From contig CAZJFQ010000001.1 of assembly GCA_964545335.1 (NCBI GenBank), forward strand, positions 1,766-65,765: a stretch of 64,000 nucleotides of DNA. The letters are read 5' to 3'. The stretch is from an uncultured Gammaproteobacteria bacterium (GTDB lineage Bacteria; Pseudomonadota; Gammaproteobacteria; Steroidobacterales; CAZJFQ01). Under the pieces are notes generated by a model, which was not told where the DNA came from, searched no databases, and worked only from the letters and a program-made list of their open reading frames with translations. Positions 28,513-38,908 of this stretch are shown here, in pieces. Positions within the stretch are counted from its first letter, which is position 1; each line of letters opens with the position of its first letter. The translations under genes were made by a program, and so were the position numbers.

Positions 28513-29105
28513 TCGTCGTCAAAATCGACCTGTAAGACGTCGACACCCAGATCTCGTAGTAATTCTGCTGTCTCAAACAACGGCAAGCCCATTACCCCGG
28601 AATAGCTACCTTCCAGCCGGGTGATAAACGCGGCTGCCCGACCCTGGATGGCGTACGCCCCGGCTTTACCAGCCGGCTCACCGGACTGCCAATAACACTT
28701 CTGTTCCCGCTCCGTCAGCGGCCGCAACGTCACCCGGCTGGTGCTTAGTGCGGTACGTTCCCGCGTCCCGGCGACGCAGGCTACGCCGGTATGTACAAAA
28801 TGTGTCCGGCCCGACAGTTGATTGAGCTTGTCCAGCGCGTCGGCTCTATTGCGCGGCTTACCCAGGACGGTGTCATCGAGCGTAACAACCGTATCGGCAG
28901 CCAGTACGACTGCACCTGCATGGTGACTGGCGGCCACGCGGGCTTTAGCAATTCCCAGCCGAATCGCCATCGCATCCGGCGGTTCACCGCGCTCGCGCGA
29001 CTCGTCGATCTGCACGGGGTGAACTGAATAGGATACCCCGATTTGCTCCAAAAGCTGCTGCCGGCGCGGCGACCCCGACGCCAGCACGATAACTCGTTGA
29101 TTCAT
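28509..29105 (-). CDS. maf: Maf-like nucleoside triphosphate pyrophosphatase
   Basis: VLASGSPRRQQLL motif. I chose the internal ATG at 29105 (MNQRVIVL). Its stop overlaps the rng start by 4 nt. Confidence 0.9.
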   Translation of the reverse strand: MNQRVIVLASGSPRRQQLLEQIGVSYSVHPVQIDESRERGEPPDAMAIRLGIAKARVAASHHAGAVVLAADTVVTLDDTVLGKPRNRADALDKLNQLSGRTHFVHTGVACVAGTRERTALSTSRVTLRPLTEREQKCYWQSGEPAGKAGAYAIQGRAAAFITRLEGSYSGVMGLPLFETAELLRDLGVDVLQVDFDDE

Positions 29106-29283
29106 ATAGAGAGTGTCGCTCGCGGCCGCCCCATGTTCAAGGCGTGATCCGTGCCCGGTCAATTATCCGCCAGCATTCCTTAATATGGCCTGAAGCCGCG
29201 GCGACATGGAAAATACGTTCGGCCGTTACTGGTGGGGCATGGCCTACCGAGTAACCAGTTACGAATGCGAACCCCCTGGTTCG

Positions 29284-29775
29284 TCACTTGTCACTGCGAC
29301 CGCGCAACGCACGATGATACGGGTGCCCCGTCAGCACGGTCCAGGCGCGGTACAACTGTTCGGTTACCACGATTCGGACTAAGGCATGCGGTAGCGTCAG
29401 CGGAGAAAGTGACCAGACAAAATCCGCCCCGGCGATACATTGTTCCGCCAGTCCGTCCGGGCCGCCCACGAGCAACGCGACATCGCGCCCGTCTCTGTGC
29501 CAGGACTCGAGGACGTTGGCCAGTTCGGCGGTGCTCAGCAATGTGCCATTCTCATCCAGCGCGACAATTCGCTCACCGTCACGAACAGCTTCCAGCATGC
29601 GACGACCTTCCTGTTCGACGGCCCGCTTGGGATTCGACTTCTTGCTCCGGATACCGAGAGAAATTTCTACAAGTTCGAGGGAGAGGTTCCTGGGAAAACG
29701 TCGCGAGTAGTCTGCAAATCCGTCGGCTACCCATGCCGGAACGCGCCTGCCGGCGGCTATCAGGCGAATACGCAT
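29284..29775 (-). CDS. rlmH: 23S rRNA (pseudouridine1915-N3)-methyltransferase RlmH
   Basis: SPOUT-family size and C-terminal GHPYHR. It follows rsfS as in E. coli. Confidence 0.9.
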   Translation of the reverse strand: MRIRLIAAGRRVPAWVADGFADYSRRFPRNLSLELVEISLGIRSKKSNPKRAVEQEGRRMLEAVRDGERIVALDENGTLLSTAELANVLESWHRDGRDVALLVGGPDGLAEQCIAGADFVWSLSPLTLPHALVRIVVTEQLYRAWTVLTGHPYHRALRGRSDK

Positions 29776-29779
29776 CGGC

Positions 29780-30133
29780 TCAGTCGATTACCTGCGCACC
29801 TTTCGGTTCACTCATTCTCCACAGTTTTTCCAATTGATAGAAATCGCGGACTCTCGGCAACATGACATGGACCACGACATCGTGCAGATCGACGAGAACC
29901 CATTCGCATTCGCGATCACCTTCGATTCCAAGTGGCTGTTCACCGAGATTTTTTGCAGTTTCAACTATTTTTTCCGCCAGTGATTTAACATGTCGATCGG
30001 ATGTACCGCTGCCCAGGATCATATAGTCGGTTATTGTGGTCAGGGATCTGACATCCATGACGATTATGTTTTGCGCCTTCGATTCGTCCAATACATTGAC
30101 GACGATGTCTTTTAACTGATCTGATTTCAGCAA
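29780..30133 (-). CDS. rsfS: Ribosomal silencing factor RsfS
   Basis: DYMILGSGTSDRHVKS and WVLVDLHDVVVHVM motifs. The TTG at 30133 is 9 nt downstream of AAGGAGG. The track GTG at 30160 would overlap nadD. Confidence 0.85.
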   Translation of the reverse strand: MLKSDQLKDIVVNVLDESKAQNIIVMDVRSLTTITDYMILGSGTSDRHVKSLAEKIVETAKNLGEQPLGIEGDRECEWVLVDLHDVVVHVMLPRVRDFYQLEKLWRMSEPKGAQVID

Positions 30134-30138
30134 AATAT

Positions 30139-30780
30139 TTACGCCTCCTTTGAATAACACTCGGAATCCAGAATAACTTTTCGTACGCCATCCGGCATCA
30201 GAAACCGGGGATCGCCACCGGATCGCACAGCGTGCCTGATTTCGGTCGATGAGATTTCCAGCTGTGTTACTGCCCGGACAAAAATCCGGCCGGCTCTCGA
30301 TTCGTGCAGATCGTCGACGGTATCGGTCCCCCGGTCGGCGAGCAATTCACCCAGCGGACCCATATGCGGCGCACGCCATCCGGGTCGATGTGCAACCACA
30401 ACGTGTGCCAATTGCAGTAACTCACGCCACTGGTACCACTTTGGCAATCCGAGGAATGCGTCCATGCCGACAATCAGGCACAAGGACCGGTGCGGATATT
30501 CGGATCGCAAATCGATCAACGTATCCACCGAGTATGAAGGACCTTCACGTTGCATTTCGCGATCGTCGACCAGAAATCCTGGCTGGCCCTCGGTCGCTGC
30601 CTTGACCATCGCCAGCCTGAGTTCCCCGTTCGCAATCGACTGTTCACGGTGCGGAGGCTGTCCGCAGGGCATGAAGCGAACCTCGCCGAGGCGGAGTGTT
30701 TCATGTAATTCAAATGCCGTGCGCAGATGCCCGTAGTGAATGGGATCAAACGTACCACCGAAAATACCGATCGGGTTCAT
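30139..30780 (-). CDS. nadD: Nicotinate-nucleotide adenylyltransferase
   Basis: GGTFDPIHYGH motif. 213 aa. Confidence 0.93.
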   Translation of the reverse strand: MNPIGIFGGTFDPIHYGHLRTAFELHETLRLGEVRFMPCGQPPHREQSIANGELRLAMVKAATEGQPGFLVDDREMQREGPSYSVDTLIDLRSEYPHRSLCLIVGMDAFLGLPKWYQWRELLQLAHVVVAHRPGWRAPHMGPLGELLADRGTDTVDDLHESRAGRIFVRAVTQLEISSTEIRHAVRSGGDPRFLMPDGVRKVILDSECYSKEA

Positions 30781-30819
30781 TCGGCTAGGACACCCACCGT
30801 GTACAGTACGTTCCCGGTC

Positions 30820-31857
30820 TCATGCCATCGCCCGCGCCGACCTGTCGGAAGACCGGTCCCCGCCCAGTTTTCGCAGCAGCTCGATTAGACAGCCCCATTG
30901 ACTGCCGCGCCGCCTGCCCTTGATAACGAGGTCTGTCGTTGCGCAATCCAGCAACAGTGCCTGCAGATCGCGCGTCCGGTGGCGTTTCAACCCACGCTGG
31001 AGCAGCTCCCGGCGACTGAACCACACCCTGAGCTGTTTCGTCGCCGTATCCAGCGAAGCTCCCTGTTCCATCGCCCAGGCCAGACGCGCCAAGGTACGCA
31101 CCTCTCGCGTAATCGCCCACAACACCAGCGGAGGCGGCACGCCTTCCGACGTTAGTCCGTCAACAATCCGCATCGCGCGAGCGACGTCACCAACCAGCGC
31201 TGCATCAACCATCTGAAAAATATCGAATCGCGCGCTATCCGCCACCGCTTCGCGGACGGCATGACCGTCGATCGGACCGCGGCCGGCGATAAGCTCGAGC
31301 TTTAAGATTTCCTGGTTTGCGGCCAGAAGGTTGCCTTCAACCCGGTCGGCCAGCAGGGCAGCCGCATCACCGCGTGGTTCGAGACCGCGCTGGTGCATCC
31401 TGTCCGTGATCCAGGCGGGCAGTTTCTCCGGCGGCACCGGCCGCGCGTGCACATGGACCCCGGTTTTCTCGATGGTTTTCACCCATTTCGACCTGAGCTG
31501 GGCGCTCTCCAGTTTGCCGGTTATAACCAGCAGAATTACGCCATCAGGCGGGTCAGCAGCATACTCAACGAGAGCACGGGAACCTTCGACTCCCGGTTTA
31601 CCTGACGTCAGGCGCACCTCCAGCAGTTTTTTTTCCGCGAAAAGTGACAGATTGTCACGGCCGGCTGCCAACCGGGCCCAGTCAAACCCGGGCTCGACGA
31701 ACAGCGTCTCCCGTTCCTCAAAACCGGCCGCACGTGTGGCCGCGCGAATTGCGTCGGCCGCCTCCGCAACCAGCAAGGGCTCAGCGCCGGAGATCAGGTA
31801 CAGGGGGTCTGGTGAACGGGACAGGCGTGGTCCGAGTCTTTCCGCGTCGAGCTTCAC
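30820..31857 (-). CDS. holA: DNA polymerase III subunit delta
   Basis: Size, and its position between lptE and nadD. The PLYLISGAEPLL start is typical of HolA. Confidence 0.88.
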   Translation of the reverse strand: MKLDAERLGPRLSRSPDPLYLISGAEPLLVAEAADAIRAATRAAGFEERETLFVEPGFDWARLAAGRDNLSLFAEKKLLEVRLTSGKPGVEGSRALVEYAADPPDGVILLVITGKLESAQLRSKWVKTIEKTGVHVHARPVPPEKLPAWITDRMHQRGLEPRGDAAALLADRVEGNLLAANQEILKLELIAGRGPIDGHAVREAVADSARFDIFQMVDAALVGDVARAMRIVDGLTSEGVPPPLVLWAITREVRTLARLAWAMEQGASLDTATKQLRVWFSRRELLQRGLKRHRTRDLQALLLDCATTDLVIKGRRRGSQWGCLIELLRKLGGDRSSDRSARAMA

Positions 31858-31964
31858 GTATTGTGCTTGGAGTGACTCAAGGCGCCCATCATAACTGTCC
31901 GAGCGACCAGCGACTAGACGATGATCGGTCCAGCGAGCCCGAGGTCGGGTCCGGGGCTGAAAAA

Positions 31965-32480
31965 TCAGCCTGAGCTCAGGCGACTTTCATCGAAAGTGGC
32001 AAGCCGGCGGGTAATCGTGCGCACGAGATCGTCCGCTATGGCTTCGTGCAGGTCTTGTTCCTGTTGTCGCATGCCGAGGACCTCGTTCTTATTAAAAGTA
32101 TAGGTGTGGCGGCGCGTCAGAGTCTCGGAGGGCAGGACGCTCTTGCCGTTGACGCGGAGTTCGTACGTCACGGTGTAGAAAACTTCATATTCCAGCGGTT
32201 CGTTTTCCGACGATACAGTGAGTATCCGTTGCCCGGAATGATCCCGGTGAATTACGAGCACTGCCGTTGCGTCGTCCGGATTTTGCGTCACCTGGACACC
32301 GCTGCTCTTCAATGACCTGTTCAGCCCACGCACCACGTCCGTATAGGCATCCGGCGCCTGAACATAAGTGACGGCCATCACATTGGGAAGATCCGCCGAT
32401 CCCTGCAACTGAAAGCCGCAACCATCCAGCAGACATGCCCAAAGCACGGCAACTGCAATAATGTGTCTTCCCTGTCTCAC
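31965..32480 (-). CDS. lptE: LPS-assembly lipoprotein LptE
   Basis: Lipobox LLDGCGFQLQG. It lies immediately downstream of leuS. Confidence 0.88.
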   Translation of the reverse strand: MRQGRHIIAVAVLWACLLDGCGFQLQGSADLPNVMAVTYVQAPDAYTDVVRGLNRSLKSSGVQVTQNPDDATAVLVIHRDHSGQRILTVSSENEPLEYEVFYTVTYELRVNGKSVLPSETLTRRHTYTFNKNEVLGMRQQEQDLHEAIADDLVRTITRRLATFDESRLSSG

Positions 32481-32493
32481 ATCGGCTACCGAA

Positions 32494-34944
32494 TCAAACG
32501 ACGAGGTTCACAAGTTTCCCCGGGATAACGATAACTTTTCGAATGGGTTTATCGCTGACAAATCGTTGCACGTTGTTGTCGGCGAGAGCAGCCTCGCGCA
32601 CCGTGTTCTTGTCCGCTCCCGCGGCCACCGATACGCGTCCTCGCAACTTGCCGTTGACCTGGACGACGATTTCAACAACATCCTGCTGTATCGCCTCCTC
32701 ACTGGCCGTCGGCCAGTGCTCATCAACGACTGCGGTTTCCCCGCCAAGGGCCTGCCACATGACATGAGAACAGTGCGGAATAATCGGCGACAGGAGCAGA
32801 ACGATCGTTTCCAGCGCTTCTTGCCGCACAACACGAGCGGCAGCCGACGCATCGTCGAATTTTGTCAGCGCATTGCACATTTCCATGACTGCGGCGATCG
32901 CGGTATTGAAAGTATATCGCCGGCCAAAGTCATCACTTACTTTCACAATGGTTCTGTGAACGAGACGGCGCATCTTCTGTTGTTCCTCGTTGAATTCCAA
33001 CTTGCCCGATTCCGGCACCGCGCCTTCCGCAACATGCGCATAGACCGATCTCCACAATCGTCTTAAGAATCGCGAGGCACCTTCAACACCCTGTTCAGAC
33101 CATTCCAGCGACTTCTCCGGTGGCGAATTGGACACTACAAATAGCCGCACCGTATCAGCGCCGTACTTGTCAATCATTTCCTGCGGGTCGACCGTATTGC
33201 CGTGAGACTTGGACATTTTCATGCCGTCTTTGAGCACCATTCCCTGGGTGAGTAGGTTGGTAAATGGTTCACCGTCCCGGACGAGACCGAAATCACGCAT
33301 GACCTTCTGCCAGAAGCGTGCATAAAGCAGATGGAGAATCGCATGCTCAATGCCACCAATATATTGGTTGACCGGCATCCAGTAATCCGCACGCGCGTCC
33401 GTCATCGACTCGTCGTTGTCCGGACAGGCGTACCGGATGAAATACCAGGATGACTCGACAAAAGTGTCAAAGGTGTCTGTCTCACGCCGTGCCGGTTTGC
33501 CGCACTTCGGGCAATCGACATTGATAAAGTCCGGCATGTCCCGCAGCGGTGATCCCGTCCCCGTGATCTCAACGTCCTCGGGCAGTACGACGGGCAACTG
33601 ATCCTCTGGGACGGGCACAGCGTCACAGTCGTCACAGTAAATTATCGGGATCGGCGCACCCCAGTATCGCTGGCGTGAAACTCCCCAGTCGCGAAGCCGG
33701 TAGTTGATACGCCGGCTACCCCGCCCCTGAGATTCGAATCGTTCAGCTAGTTTGTCGAAGGCCTCGCTTGACGTCAGCCCATCGAATTCGCCGGAATTGA
33801 TCAGGCGACCGTAGATAACCTCGGCCCCTTCTGAAACATCCACTGGGCCGCCTTGTTCGGGTTCTATGACAGGTACGATATCGAGACCGTACCTTGTCGC
33901 AAAATCCCAGTCCCGCTGATCATGACCGGGCACCCCCATTACGGCGCCGGTGCCATAGCTCAGCAAAACAAAGTTCGCAACAAAAATCGGAATCCGGTCA
34001 CCGGTAATCGGGTGGATTGCCGAAATTCCGAGTGGTTTGCCCGTTTTCTCCATGGTCTCGATCGCGGCTTCCGCTGTCACGGAAACCTGGCACCCTCGCA
34101 CGAACTCCGCGATCTCGGGCTTGGTTTCGGCAACTTCAAGCGTCAGTGGATGCTCGGCCGCGACCGCCATATAGGTTGCGCCCATGAGTGTGTCCGGCCG
34201 TGTGGTGAATACGATCAGCGGATCGCGGTTACCCTCGACGTCGAACTGTATGTCAATGCCCTCCGAGCGTCCGATCCAGTTGCGTTGCATCGTGCGTACC
34301 GAATCCGGCCAGCCACCCATGCGATCGAGCTCATCCAGCAGGTCATCCGAATAAGCCGTGATCTTCATGAACCACTGGGGAATCTCGCGCCGCTCTACGG
34401 GTGCACCGGACCGCCAGCCCCTGCCGTCGATGACCTGCTCGTTGGCCAGCACTGTCTGGTCAACCGGGTCCCAGTTCACGATTGCGTTCTTGCGATAGAC
34501 CAGGCCTTTTTCAAACATGCGGGTAAACAACCACTGTTCCCAGCGGTAGTATTCCGGGTCGCACGTCACTACCTCACGCGACCAGTCGTAACCGTAACCG
34601 AGACGCCGAAATTGCTCCCGTATCAGTTCCATGTTTTCGCGGGTCCACTTGGCGGGCGGCACCTTGTTCTTTATCGCGGCGTTTTCGGCCGGCATTCCGA
34701 ACGCATCAAAACCGATCGGCTGCAGCACGTTCCGGCCCAGCATCCTGTGGTAACGGCAGATGACGTCACCGATGGTGTAATTGCGGACATGGCCCATGTG
34801 CAGACGACCGCTGGGATACGGAAACATGCACAGGCAGTAGTATTTGTCCCGGTCGGGATCCTCTGATACCTGAAAGGTTGCCTGTTGCTGCCAGTATTCC
34901 TGGACGGCCGGCTCAATCAGCTCCGGTTTGTAATGCTCATCCAT
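32494..34944 (-). CDS. leuS: Leucine--tRNA ligase
   Basis: HIGH-type motif PYPSGRLHMGHV and KMSKS (GMKMSKSHGN). 816 aa. Confidence 0.97.
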   Translation of the reverse strand: MDEHYKPELIEPAVQEYWQQQATFQVSEDPDRDKYYCLCMFPYPSGRLHMGHVRNYTIGDVICRYHRMLGRNVLQPIGFDAFGMPAENAAIKNKVPPAKWTRENMELIREQFRRLGYGYDWSREVVTCDPEYYRWEQWLFTRMFEKGLVYRKNAIVNWDPVDQTVLANEQVIDGRGWRSGAPVERREIPQWFMKITAYSDDLLDELDRMGGWPDSVRTMQRNWIGRSEGIDIQFDVEGNRDPLIVFTTRPDTLMGATYMAVAAEHPLTLEVAETKPEIAEFVRGCQVSVTAEAAIETMEKTGKPLGISAIHPITGDRIPIFVANFVLLSYGTGAVMGVPGHDQRDWDFATRYGLDIVPVIEPEQGGPVDVSEGAEVIYGRLINSGEFDGLTSSEAFDKLAERFESQGRGSRRINYRLRDWGVSRQRYWGAPIPIIYCDDCDAVPVPEDQLPVVLPEDVEITGTGSPLRDMPDFINVDCPKCGKPARRETDTFDTFVESSWYFIRYACPDNDESMTDARADYWMPVNQYIGGIEHAILHLLYARFWQKVMRDFGLVRDGEPFTNLLTQGMVLKDGMKMSKSHGNTVDPQEMIDKYGADTVRLFVVSNSPPEKSLEWSEQGVEGASRFLRRLWRSVYAHVAEGAVPESGKLEFNEEQQKMRRLVHRTIVKVSDDFGRRYTFNTAIAAVMEMCNALTKFDDASAAARVVRQEALETIVLLLSPIIPHCSHVMWQALGGETAVVDEHWPTASEEAIQQDVVEIVVQVNGKLRGRVSVAAGADKNTVREAALADNNVQRFVSDKPIRKVIVIPGKLVNLVV

Positions 34945-35011
34945 TGACGCCGCGATACCCTTCAGTCCTTGCGACCAGAAGGATACAGCAGAGGTCTGTC
35001 GGGGAACACTG

Positions 35012-36502
35012 TCAGTTCCGGCGTGTCAGCACACCCGCGAGGAGCATGATGCCGGCCGCGATCACGATCAGCCAGTTGCCGTAGCGAACATACGGTGTGG
35101 TCCCGGTGTGCGGCTCGACTTCGCCGGACAGAATATGAGTCTGAAACTGCGGGGACGTCTGCTCCAGCGTACCCCGCGGGCCAATAATTGCGGTGATCCC
35201 ATTGTTCGTCGCCCTGAGCAGGTAGCGCCCGGTTTCCAGCGCACGCATGCGTGCGATTTCGAGGTGTTGATGCGGAGCGATCGATTCCCCGAACCAGGCG
35301 TCGTTGCTGACATTGACCAGCAGCGTTGCACCGGGTAGAAATCCGATCTGCTCGGCACCGAAAATATCCTCGTAGCAGATGCTGGGTGCAATCTTCTGGC
35401 CGGCGGCAAACAACAAAGACTGGTCTTTACCGCCTGCCGTAAAATCAGTGTACGGCAGGTTCATGAGTTTCATGCGTTCGCGTACAAAGTCCGGCACGGG
35501 AAAATATTCACCGAAAGGAACGAGATGGCGTTTGGCATAAATCCCCGGTTCGGGCCCCAACACCACCAGGGTGTTTTTCAGTTGCCCGTTAGCCGGGTCT
35601 CTCATGATCAGCCCCGTCATTACCTCGCTGTCATTACGCGCCGCATCGGCGCCGACCTGATTCAGATAATCACTGGCCTGATGCATTAACACCGGAATGG
35701 CGGCCTCCGGCCACACCACGAGATCACTGTCGTAACTCAGACGAGTAAGGTCCCGGTAGAGATCCAGCGTCGGTTGCCGTTGCTCGGGCAGCCATTTCAG
35801 ATCCTGCGACACGCCGCCCTGTATCAGGCTTACCCGCACACGTTCCCCGGTCGGGTCGGTCCAGGTGATCAGGCCGAGCAACCCGGAACCCAGCCACAGA
35901 AACATCACCACTGCTGCCGCAATGACCCTGCTGACGCGCCGGCCGGCGATCAGTGCGCACAGGGCGCCCGCGGTCAGCGCCACACCCCAGCTCAGTCCGA
36001 ATACACCGGTAATCGGCGCCAGACCGGCAAGCGGCCCGTCGATCTGGCTATAGCCCAGGCTCAGCCAGGGGAACCCGCTGAAGGCCCAGCCCCTTACCCA
36101 CTCCAACAGGACCCAGGTACCGGGCAATACGATCAACCAGCGGCACCAGTCGGGGCCGGCAGCCCAGCGCCGGGCGACATATCCGGTAAGCGCAACATAT
36201 CCCGCCAGGATCGCTACCAGCGTCAGCATCAGAAAACCGGCCAGTATGGCCGGTGCCTTGCCAAAGGAATGCACACTGACATATGTCCAGTACGTGCCGG
36301 CGAGGAACATGCCGGCTCCGAAGAGAAACCCGCGCCGGGCCGCGCTTGCCGGTTTGCTGTCCTCCCAGAGCAGAAACAGAACTGCCAGCCCGACCGGAGC
36401 GACGAGGAAGTAACCAAAGGGTGCAAACGCGAGTGGCATGCTGGCGCCGGCGGGCAGCGCAATCTTGGCGCCGTGCTTCTCAAGAAGGCTTTGCCAGCGC
36501 AT
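35012..36502 (-). CDS. lnt: Apolipoprotein N-acyltransferase
   Basis: Multi-TM N-terminal half plus a C-N hydrolase domain with PSICYEDIF. Confidence 0.92.
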   Translation of the reverse strand: MRWQSLLEKHGAKIALPAGASMPLAFAPFGYFLVAPVGLAVLFLLWEDSKPASAARRGFLFGAGMFLAGTYWTYVSVHSFGKAPAILAGFLMLTLVAILAGYVALTGYVARRWAAGPDWCRWLIVLPGTWVLLEWVRGWAFSGFPWLSLGYSQIDGPLAGLAPITGVFGLSWGVALTAGALCALIAGRRVSRVIAAAVVMFLWLGSGLLGLITWTDPTGERVRVSLIQGGVSQDLKWLPEQRQPTLDLYRDLTRLSYDSDLVVWPEAAIPVLMHQASDYLNQVGADAARNDSEVMTGLIMRDPANGQLKNTLVVLGPEPGIYAKRHLVPFGEYFPVPDFVRERMKLMNLPYTDFTAGGKDQSLLFAAGQKIAPSICYEDIFGAEQIGFLPGATLLVNVSNDAWFGESIAPHQHLEIARMRALETGRYLLRATNNGITAIIGPRGTLEQTSPQFQTHILSGEVEPHTGTTPYVRYGNWLIVIAAGIMLLAGVLTRRN

Positions 36503-36537
36503 TGAACAGATGTCGCGCGGGAAGCGTTGTATCCGGC

Positions 36538-37422
36538 TCAGGCCTGGTCCTCCTGCCTGACCGAATAGTCGGCTCCGTCCGGCAGGCTGACTTCGAGCGA
36601 ATCGATGCGACGACGATCGGCCTTGATGACTTTGAGAACGTAATCGTTGACGACTACCGACTCCCCGCGTCGTGGCAACCGTCCGAGTTCGTACATGACA
36701 AGTCCGCCGACGGTGTCGTATTCCTCGTCACTGAAATCGGTGCCAAAGTATTTATTGAAATCTTCAATTTTGGTCAATGCCAGTACCGTGTACGTGCCTC
36801 CGGTTTCCTGCTGGATGAATACCTCATCTTCGACATCGTGTTCGTCGTCGATCTCGCCGACGATCTGCTCAATGACATCCTCAATCGTCAACAGTCCGGC
36901 TACTCCGCCGTACTCATCCACGACAATAGCCATGTGATTGTGGCTGGCCCGAAATTCTTTCAGCAATATGTTGAGGCGTTTACTCTCCGGTATGAAGGCC
37001 GCTTCACGCATGCATTCACGTATGTCGAATGCATCGCTGCCGTTTTCTGCGAAGAATCTCAGCAGGTCTTTCGCAAACAGGATGCCGATGACTTCGTCAC
37101 GATCATCGCCGATAACCGGAAACCGGGAATGCCCCGACTCAACGATAACCGGCAGCATGGCGTCCACGGGAATGTCACGGTTGATAACGACCATCTGCGA
37201 GCGGGGAATCATGATATCGCGTACTTGCTCGTTGGAAACGCTGAGCACACCTTCCAACATCGAGGTCTCATCGGGATCGAACAGCTTGCGCCGCTTGGCG
37301 GTCTTGAGTATTTCCAGAACGTCGCCCCGGTCTCTTGGTTCTATCGCGACGGCCTGCGCCAGTCGCTTGAACCAGTTTCTTTTGCCGGGACCGTTTCTAC
37401 TGGGAGGTTGGTCGTCTGACAT
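36538..37422 (-). CDS. corC: CorC/HlyC-family Mg/Co efflux-associated protein (CBS pair + CorC_HlyC)
   Basis: MSDDQPP start as in E. coli CorC, and VRDIMIPRSQM. The track start at 37464 is over-extended. Confidence 0.9.
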   Translation of the reverse strand: MSDDQPPSRNGPGKRNWFKRLAQAVAIEPRDRGDVLEILKTAKRRKLFDPDETSMLEGVLSVSNEQVRDIMIPRSQMVVINRDIPVDAMLPVIVESGHSRFPVIGDDRDEVIGILFAKDLLRFFAENGSDAFDIRECMREAAFIPESKRLNILLKEFRASHNHMAIVVDEYGGVAGLLTIEDVIEQIVGEIDDEHDVEDEVFIQQETGGTYTVLALTKIEDFNKYFGTDFSDEEYDTVGGLVMYELGRLPRRGESVVVNDYVLKVIKADRRRIDSLEVSLPDGADYSVRQEDQA

Positions 37423-37453
37423 GGTGTGACTCTCGGTCAGTCTGCTCCTTTGT

Positions 37454-37906
37454 CTACAAGGCATAAGGATCGGAAAACCCGAGCCCTGCCAGTATAGCGG
37501 TTTCTTCAGTCTCCATTTCCCGGGCCTGGTTCTCAGTTTCGTGATCGAAACCCAAGAGATGTAAAGCGCCGTGCACCACCAAGTGAGCCCAGTGCGCCTT
37601 TGCTGGCCGGTTGCGGACCATCGCTTCTGATTTCACCACCGGTGCGCAGATGACAATGTCGCCCAGCAGCGCGCTCCCGACCGGGGCCGGAATCTCGGCG
37701 GGAAATGACAAAACGTTGGTCGCGTTGGTGTTGTTCCGAAAGCGTTTGTTCAGTGCAGCGCTTTCCGCCTCGTCGACGACACGGACCGTCAACTCTGTAT
37801 CGGCCCGACGGCTGCCGATGGCGGCAGCAATCCAGTGCCGGATGTCACTGCCGGCCGGTATCTCGCCGCTGTCGGATTCGACCTGCACTTCAACTTCGAG
37901 CGGCAT
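37454..37906 (-). CDS. ybeY: Endoribonuclease YbeY
   Basis: Zinc motif HLVVHGALHLLGFDHE. The internal ATG at 37906 avoids overlap with phoH. Confidence 0.92.
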   Translation of the reverse strand: MPLEVEVQVESDSGEIPAGSDIRHWIAAAIGSRRADTELTVRVVDEAESAALNKRFRNNTNATNVLSFPAEIPAPVGSALLGDIVICAPVVKSEAMVRNRPAKAHWAHLVVHGALHLLGFDHETENQAREMETEETAILAGLGFSDPYAL

Positions 37907-37913
37907 CAAAAAC

Positions 37914-38894
37914 TCAACCCTCGCCCGAACCCTCGGTACTGAGACGTTCATAGGCCCGCACGATGCTCTGGACGAGCGGATGACGCACGACATCATGGGC
38001 AGTAAAAAAAGTGAAGCTCACTCCCTGCACGTCCTTTAGGACGTCAACGACGTGCCGCAAGCCGGATAGCTCGTCGCGCGGCAGATCCGTCTGCGTGATG
38101 TCGCCGTTGACGACGGTATTCGAGCCGAAACCGACCCGGGTCAGAAACATTTTCATCTGTTTTGCGGTAGTGTTTTGCGCTTCGTCCAGAATCACAAATG
38201 ATTCATTGAGGCTGCGCCCGCGCATGAACGCGAGAGGCGCAACTTCTATGACATTGCGTTCCACCAGACGTGCCGTCCGCTCAAAACCAAGCATGTCGTA
38301 GAGCGCGTCATACATGGGTCGCAGGTATGGATCGACTTTCTGCGACATGTCTCCGGGCAAAAAGCCGAGACGTTCTCCCGCCTCGACTGCTGGTCGCACG
38401 AGCACTATCCTCCGTACCTCTTCCCGTTCCAGCGCCTCGACGGCGCAGGCAACTGCCAGATAAGTCTTGCCAGTACCAGCCGGGCCGATCCCGAAACTCA
38501 GGTCGCTGTCATGTATGTTTCTGAGATACAGATGCTGGTTCCGACCCCGGGCCCGGATAATCCCTCGTGGCGTCTTCACAACGGCTTCCGCATCTGTCAG
38601 TTCCGGAATATCCGCTGATGGCATACCCGCTTCCTGCAGACAGATGTGTATACGCTCCGGATTGAGCGTTTCGGATTGCGTAATTTGAAACAACTCCTGT
38701 ATCACGGAAACACCGGCACGGGCCGCCTCAGGATGACCCAGGATTCGAAAGCGGTTGCCGCGGTTATTGATTTCAATACCGAGCCGGCGTTCGATCTGGC
38801 GCAAATGTTCGTCAAACTGACCGCACAGATTTGCCAGTCGACGATTGTCGGCGGGCTCGAGCAGCAGATCTTCGGCTTTCGGGGCAACACTCAA
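37914..38894 (-). CDS. ybeZ: PhoH-like ATPase YbeZ
   Basis: Walker [13 protein letters not shown] and ILDEAQN. Confidence 0.93.
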   Translation of the reverse strand: MSVAPKAEDLLLEPADNRRLANLCGQFDEHLRQIERRLGIEINNRGNRFRILGHPEAARAGVSVIQELFQITQSETLNPERIHICLQEAGMPSADIPELTDAEAVVKTPRGIIRARGRNQHLYLRNIHDSDLSFGIGPAGTGKTYLAVACAVEALEREEVRRIVLVRPAVEAGERLGFLPGDMSQKVDPYLRPMYDALYDMLGFERTARLVERNVIEVAPLAFMRGRSLNESFVILDEAQNTTAKQMKMFLTRVGFGSNTVVNGDITQTDLPRDELSGLRHVVDVLKDVQGVSFTFFTAHDVVRHPLVQSIVRAYERLSTEGSGEG

Positions 38895-38908
38895 GATGAC
38901 AGAAACTC

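Noticed and set aside
33853-34866. Long antisense ORFs inside well-recognised genes. Examples are 33853..34866 in leuS, 35774..36505 and 36283..37419 in lnt/corC, 12774..13763 and 9975..10781 in the cph genes, 7239..8198 in pmbA, 50751..51413 in ggt, and 59410..60078 and 62358..63056 in ribosomal genes.
   Set aside because: Each lies opposite a gene with unmistakable conserved motifs. Their products are Arg/Pro/Gly-rich low-complexity strings, typical of stop-poor antisense frames in GC-rich DNA. None has a recognisable RBS or motif.
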